Assembly (NCBI GenBank): GCA_010093605.1
Contig: MU004184.1
Span: 2,405,737-2,469,736, forward strand
Origin: Lophium mytilinum
Taxonomy: Eukaryota
Direction of reading: 5' to 3'
DNA: 64,000 bases
In this document: piece by piece, positions 57,444-64,000 of the stretch
Layout of the letters: the number at the start of each line of letters is the position of its first letter
Numbering within the stretch: position 1 is the first letter of the stretch
Notes under the pieces: generated by a model
Databases searched by the model: none
Told to the model about the DNA's origin: nothing
What the model saw: the letters and a program-made list of their open reading frames with translations, nothing else
Translations under genes and position numbers: made by a program

Positions 57444-60315
57444 ATGGCACCGACTACCGATTCCCAGCCCCAAGCTGCGTTGGCTTGCCAGCTCTGTCGC
57501 AAGTGAGCCTCTTCCCCAGCGCTTTCTCCACCCGCGTCGCGTCTGCAAAGCATGAACCCCTTTCGACCTTGCGTTCTCCTTGCCTCAATTTGAGCATGTT
57601 TTCGCATGCGCGCCGTGACTGAATAGCTGCTGACTTTTAACGCAGGCGCAAAATAAAATGGTAGGTCTGATGTTCTAGCTGCAGTCGCCGCATTTCTGAC
57701 TCCAGTCCCTCCAGTGGTCGCGAGCTTCCTCGGTGCGCAATATGCGTAGGCTCACAGCAAGACTGTCAATACCCACCAGGACCCTTGAAGCCAGGCCCTA
57801 AAATCGGAGCATCGCAGCGAGGTCGCAAACGACAAAAGACCAATCCCTCGGAAGAGAGTTCTTCCCAGCCGCCTCGCAATTCAGATGGCGATTCCACGGA
57901 CGCGAGGGGCCCCAACGCGGATCCCGCGGAATGGGAGAATCGCCCTGCAAACACTGGGGGAGCCAATTCATCACGATCCAACGAGTTTACTGGAAACCAG
58001 GACTTCGCAAATCGCCGCGGCTCCTCCGTTTCGAATACTGAGCTTGGAATCCAAGCGAGGGCTGCACACCGGCCCTCACAAGCGGGACTGGATGGGCGCA
58101 GGCCACTCTCGCCCGCGACCACTCCGTCTACCGGGAGCCCAAGAGACCAGCTGAACATGCAAAGTCTTTCCTTCATCATTCATCCTTCGCACGAAACTTG
58201 CACCCCCGAGACGGCCAAGTCCGATTTCGGAACCCCATCCCGAACAGAACCCGTGACGTTGATCATTGCGCGCACCTGGGTTGCTCTTGGCGTGAAGCCT
58301 CAGGTCATCTATCGATTGTACGTTGCTGAATCCTTTGAAAACGAAGATAATGCCATGCTTACCTCTTTTCTAGGGTCGACTTGTATTTCGAGAATTTTAC
58401 AGCCTTTTCGTTATTTCAACAACCGGTTTTCGAAGTGAAAGCGCAAAATGTCGCCTCATCTCTGCATCTCCACGCTCTCTTAGCTGCCATGTTCTCATTC
58501 GCGGCCCCCTTTTATGTTCCCGACACCACGAGCCCGAACGGCTTCCCCGATCCTGACAACCCTGCTGTACCAAATTCTGAACACTTTGCCGACCTCGCGG
58601 AGAGATTCGTGCAAGAATCGCTCATGAAGCTCGAAGATGAATCGCCGCCCCTCTGTTTACTCCAAGCCCTGATACTAACCACATATCGAAAGCTCATCAA
58701 AGGCGCTCGTGGTCGAGCGTGGAGATCACTTGGTACTTGCGTTCGCCTAGCTTACGAAATGAACCTCCATTTGATCGACTCGGAGGGCATTGGGCGAGGA
58801 GATGCACCACAGTCTCAAAGTCGAGATCAATGGGTAGTAGACGAAGAGCGCCGGCGCGCATGGTGGGCAGTTTGGGAGATGGACACTTTCGCCGGAACTG
58901 TGCGGAGATGTCCAGCCGCAATAGATTGGTCGCAGAACGAAACATACCTCCCCGTCGACGACGAGGCATTCTTTAGCGGAATTCCGAAGCGGAGCTGCTA
59001 CTTGGAAAGAAATGCGATTGACCGATGGAAGGCCTTGCATGAGAGCGGGAACGAGTCCTCGAAAGCCTGGTTCATCATCGTGAATTCTCTCATGCGAGAA
59101 GCACAGATGCTTGCAAGCCCCCGGGGAGTGCCAATTTCTATATCAGGGGCGTCCGATGATCGAGCATCGTCTTCAAGGACTGGCTGGCGCATGCTCCCGG
59201 GCAAAGCTTCTAAAGACGTGTCTGAAAGGCTGGGAGCAATATCGAATGCCCTTCGCTGTATCTCTCTGACGCTCCCACCATCCCTTAAGTACCGGAACCA
59301 ATATTTGAGCTTCGAGTCCACAGGACCCGACGATGCGAATTCCCCGCGCAGGCTGCATAGTGCCATCTACAGCATTCATCTCATGATTGCGCTAGCCAAG
59401 CTCATGATACATCACTATTACGTCTTCTCGGTGCCACCAGAAAACACGCCAACTGTTTCAACTGAGGATCCTACCCACACTACAAAGGAGAAATCTGGAC
59501 ACTGGCAGTATCGGCCTTCTGGACTCGCCCTTGACCAGTACTTCGAAGCCGCCGACGACATCCTCACCATCATTAACAGGAGCCACGAAGACCATGTCCG
59601 CTACGTGAATCCATTCCTAGCAAGCACCGTATGGCTTGCGGCGGCAGCTCAACTTATTTCGAGAGTTTTTGGCTCTCCGAACACGGACGCAAACCTTGCG
59701 AGGTCCAAATTTGAGGTCCTGTATCTGCTGCATAAGCAATTCGTCAACTACTGGGGCATATTCACGGCATTGCAGGAGAACTTGAACACTCTTGAAGCAC
59801 GTCTTGAACGCATCAGCGCACGACTGAATGGAAGTGAAGATCCGGGTTCTCGGCCTATGACTAATGGGCAGAGTTCGCGCCCGAAGACAGCGGCGAGCAA
59901 TCACACAAACCCCAACGACTCGCAGACGGCGTCGAACAACACCACCAATCATGCCTCTCCAAACCTCTACCACATTCCTCGCTCCGAAATTCCCCCATTC
60001 TCGACTATGAACCACCTACAGCTGGTCCAAAGCCCGCGCCAACAGCAGCAGCATCCACAACAACAACAGCAGCAGCAAGAGCACACCATGCACGACCCAT
60101 TTGCTCATAACATTGGAAACTTCCCTTCGTTCGGAGGGGCTCAGCAGAACGAGATGTTGGCCGGATCAATGGATGACCCAAATACGTTCAATGCGATGCA
60201 TGATTCAACTGGCGATATGATTGACGATCTGGACTTCAGCATGAGCCTGGATATGAGCGAGAGCGAGCTGCAAGGGTACTTGGGGGGCGTTTTGTCCGGT
60301 GCATTAATTGGGTGA
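57444..60315 (+). CDS. Zn(II)2Cys6 transcription factor with fungal-specific TF domain, 4 exons
   Basis: Spliced N-terminus ACQLCRKRKIKCGRELPRCAICVGSQQDCQYP; EERRRAWWAVWEMD; poly-Q and acidic C-terminus. Confidence 0.92.
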
Positions 60316-60602
60316 ACAATTCTCTCAACGGCTTTTGGGTTGGGAAAATGGATCGCAGGAGCGGAGACGCGGCATTTGTTTTTGGGCGGCAGCATTGAGG
60401 TTTCTTGCGCTTTGTATTCCTATGAGGAACATCTCTATTTAGCGTCAAATTCGATACCCCGTCTCTTCCATCTTTCCTCCATCTTTATTTATTCTCCTTC
60501 TCCAGGGCCGAGCAATCCCTGTTCGATCTGGCGTAGAGCTCCGATTTCGCATATGTATTTCAGTCCTCAATGAAGAGTGTATCCACCATCGACCTGCACC
60601 AA

Positions 60603-61705
60603 TTAGCAACCCCCCATTACGCAATCGGCATCGGACCCACTCACCGTCAATGCTGTCCCAGTGATGTAGCTCGCACGCTCGCTTGCCAAAAATGCAACCC
60701 CATCAGCGATCTCTTGGACATGGGCCAGCCTGCCCATGGGCGTCTTGTCGATGTTCGGCTTGAGCACCTTCTTGACGGCGTCGGTCACGAGCGGGGTATC
60801 GACGAAGCTAGATCCCTGTATTAGACCGAGAGAACCCTTTTTCCACTAGTTTGTGCGAGGCTGAGTTCGACCGAGCACGACGACCTACCCTGGACACACC
60901 GCGTTAACGCGAACGCCTTTCTTCGCAAAGTCTAGGGCGTCCGTTCGGGTCGGGCCGAGAAGACCTGGTTTGAGATTCAGCGGTTGGAATCGGGTTCGAA
61001 GATTTCTCGAGCCGAGAGGCTTCCGGGGTCTTGCGTACCATGTTTCGACATTGCGTATATCGCGTTTCCGGGGACGACAAGCATCCCCAGCACGGAGTCG
61101 ATGTTCACGATCGAGCCTCGACTGGGTGTTCTCCCGACGCTGTGGGAGTGGTCAGTGCTTCAATCCGGGGTATTTTGGCGGAGGTGGTGGCGGCAGAACG
61201 TACACGGCGTCTGCGCTCACCAACGGCTCTTGCGCCTCCATGATCGCCAGCTCTGCCTTCTCGCACAGCCATGTTCCTTTCAGGTTTATGTTGAGTACGC
61301 GGTCGTAGTCTGAGGAGGGCACTTCAGTCGTTGGTCTTAATTGCGCGCCCACGCCCGCATTGTTGACTGCGTAGTCGATTCGGCCGAATTTCTTGACCGT
61401 GTTGGCGAAGATGCGGTCGATGTCTGTTTCTTTGGTGATGTCGCCTGTGTTTTGCAGCAGCTCGACGTTCGGGAATTGAGCGGCTACAATGGCGGCCGTG
61501 GATTCGAGGGCGGCGGCAGAGATGTCGACGGCCGAGATCTTGGTGCAGCCATCGCGGGCGAATTGGAGGAGTATAGCTGTGCCTATGGCGCCACCGGCTC
61601 CGGTGAGGAAGAGGACGCTGCAAGTGTCAGACGAAATTTCAGGCGAGGTATAATTCAGGTAGAGAGATGGAAAATGGCAATGTACCCGTTCAGAGATAGT
61701 CCCAT
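60603..61705 (-). CDS. Short-chain dehydrogenase/reductase, multi-exon
   Basis: TGAGGAIG, GRIDYAVNNAG, YAMSKH, VRVNAVCPG and TPMGRLA..ASYITG across canonical introns. Confidence 0.9.
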
Positions 61706-62142
61706 TTTGATGGCGGTGCAATGGATAACCTCTGGTCAGAAATCGATGTTTGATATTGGCCCGTTTAGGATCCCGTGCTCGGCAAAAGTCCCGCGTAGGT
61801 AGAGGAAAAAACTGGCGGACAGACCTATGATATCTATTCAAGGGTATGTACAACCGGACTTTCTAGAAGCATTGGCGTATCAGTGGGTACATGCGGGGGA
61901 TCGACTTCGGCCAAACGCCCATATCTACTGTGCTTCTACGTCAGGTACAGGTGGGTTCTCGGGAGGTCCAAGCAGGCGGTCCAATCTGTCATTGGCTACT
62001 CATTCAAGAACACGTGATCAGGCTCGAGTTGTAGCGAAATCGGTTGACTACAAACTTCATGGTCGAATTTCTCAAGGCCAATTCTTCACATATCTAGGTC
62101 CGCTCAAATATCTTTCAAACAACACTACTTCACGTCGACCCT

Positions 62143-62801
62143 CTAGAATGAGAAAGCCTTCTTCGGGTCAATCGACGAGGTGAAATCCGCCTCCCTGGTC
62201 GCCATATTGACCGGGAATGAAACATGCTCGTGCACCCACTTCCACACACCGTTGTCCTTGGAAAGCAGACCGGTGATACGGTAGATCATCTCAAACTCCT
62301 TGTCATCCTTGGACTTCCCGCGGAGTCGCTGGACCATGGTCGCATAGCCGGACGTCTTGGATGTCGCGAAGACTTCTAGGTCCTTGAAGTCGACTTTGGC
62401 GTTCGCGAAGTCTAAAGCAGGGTAAGCAAGTGGCATTCGGGATAATCACTGGGATGAACTGACATGGGAAGGTCTCCTCGAAATGCTCCTTGAAAGCACC
62501 ACGGCCGGTGAAGCCGAAGAGGTCGAATGTGACTACTTCATCGATCTTGTAGAAGGGCTTGCCGGACTCAGAGTCGTCGAGGAAGTCACGGTTCAGGCAG
62601 CGCGCCCATCCCTTGTAGAACTCTAGGATCTCTTCCTCTTCCTTGAGCAGCTCGGGCTTGTGGGACTAGGGGAGACATATGAGTCCAATGACGGGTGATG
62701 CAGTCTTCCGAGATCGACAAACATACCGTGCTAGGAGGGTAGCTCAGGTTCTTTTGAAGGTCCTGGACCGTGGTCAAAGTGTTCTCGTCGAAATAAGACA
62801 T
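62143..62801 (-). CDS. SnoaL/NTF2-like fold protein, 3 exons
   Basis: EVVTFDLFG..GRGAFKEHF..YRITGLLSKDNGVWKWVHEHVSFPV is a SnoaL-like C-terminal signature. Confidence 0.75.
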
Positions 62802-63446
62802 ATTGGAGGTGTAAGATTTGAAAGACTATTGACGGGTTCGGAAAAAAGCTTTCTTGGGTGGATGACAGTGATTTTTACTATCTGCACACTCAGACCTACC
62901 AACATTTATACCTCTTCTCGCTCAAATCTCTCCGCACCCTGCAATACGCCACTGATGCCTGTAACCCCGCATTCTACTTTCACATATGCAATCCTTCCGC
63001 TGCCGGGCCGTTTTTTCAATGTCCATGACCGTGAATGTCACGTGTTTGAAGTCTTGCCGTACCTACAGGGCTACGATTGGACTGCGAAGTTTGGCCGGTT
63101 GAAGTAGACAAGAAGGGTAGTACAGATATTCCAGATGCCGCTCTGGGAAAAATTGTCCCCGGGAGTTCGGGCGCGAGTTTCCCCATGGGGTCGCACGGAT
63201 ATATGCATTCTCCAATGATGGATCTACGCTCGCACAATTGAGTGCACTGCATGATGCAGTACTTCCAGGTTCTCCGTACTTTGTGCCAGCTATGTTGGTC
63301 CACATGCAAAAAGCTCGGAGCCATTCAGATCTGGCCCGGGAACCACGGCGTCAAGGTAATATAACTAGGGATATCACCAGATGTTTTCCCCGGATCGCTG
63401 AGATTAAGTTGACTCTCTTAATACCGAGATATCGGTATATACCATC

Positions 63447-64000
63447 ATGACTCCAACCACTCTTTCCATCATCATCGCCTTGCTCTCCTATGGCGTCTAC
63501 CGAGTTCTTCAGACTGGCAAGCGGGATCCTCGCATGCCCAAAGGGCCGCCGACGCTCCCCATCATTGGCAACCTGCACCAGATTCCTATGACTGGATTCT
63601 ACAAGCAGTCAGTCCCCTTTCTTGTTCTGATTAAAATTACCGAATTGCTGAAATGTGCTCAGACTTCGAGAATGGGGCAAGGAATACAAAGGCATCTATT
63701 CGCTCAAATTTGGGTCCACCAATGTGATTGTATGCGCCGACCGGAAGAGCGTCCATGACATGGTCGATAAGAAAGGCCTGATGTACGCGGATCGGCCGTT
63801 CAGTCATGTTGGACATATGATAACTGGTGGTGATCATATGGTGCTGTCCAGCAATGATCCACTCACCAGAGAAAAACGAAAAGTCACGACGCACAATCTT
63901 TCGGTAAGACTAAATCCCCTCAACACACCTTTCTTTGCTGACCTGTCCTAGCCAAGAAACATCGACGAAAAGGTCGCTCCTATTCAGGAATCCGAGTAAG
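63447..64000 (+). CDS. Cytochrome P450 (5' part, truncated by window end)
   Basis: N-terminal anchor, PKGPPTLPIIGNLHQIP, EWGKEYKGIYSLKFG..YADRP; intron-containing. Confidence 0.9.

Noticed and set aside
56856..57450. Overlapping GC-rich ORFs upstream of the TF
   Set aside because: No recognisable domain; more likely the TF promoter or 5' UTR.
18855..63045. Scattered CACGTG E-boxes upstream of several genes
   Set aside because: A 6-mer is expected many times by chance in 64 kb, and enrichment cannot be shown by eye.
1..64000. Starship giant transposon
   Set aside because: The cargo-like content is suggestive, but no DUF3435 tyrosine recombinase or element boundary is visible in the window.

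Overview
Eukaryotic DNA from a filamentous ascomycete (Pezizomycotina). Evidence: short GT-AG introns with CTRAC branch sites, a Zn2Cys6 factor and RIP damage. The species cannot be determined from the sequence. The window has three zones. (1) 1-4140 is an AT-rich, RIP-destroyed transposon block ending in a probable LTR. (2) About 4.7-51 kb is an accessory island built from locally duplicated orphan gene families: three F-box/membrane genes and a RING/membrane gene, a family of CxxC..HxxxH zinc-finger acidic proteins (one copy missing from the ORF track), small single-TM proteins, two 2EXR-domain genes, a PAM2-motif gene and four tandem multi-PHD-finger genes. A HeLo-domain gene, an SDR and two MITEs with clear TIRs/TSDs are interspersed. 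Many copies carry RIP-type nonsense codons. (3) 52-64 kb is the left part of a metabolic gene cluster (TRI12-like MFS, ABM-like barrel protein, two SDRs, Zn2Cys6 TF, SnoaL-like protein, cytochrome P450) that runs off the right edge. The strongest candidate for a new system is the tandem PHD family (unrecognised Cys/His N-terminal domain, PHD with an inserted C4 module, RRSER tail) sitting with ubiquitin-ligase and zinc-finger families. All functional readings are inference and no database searches were run.
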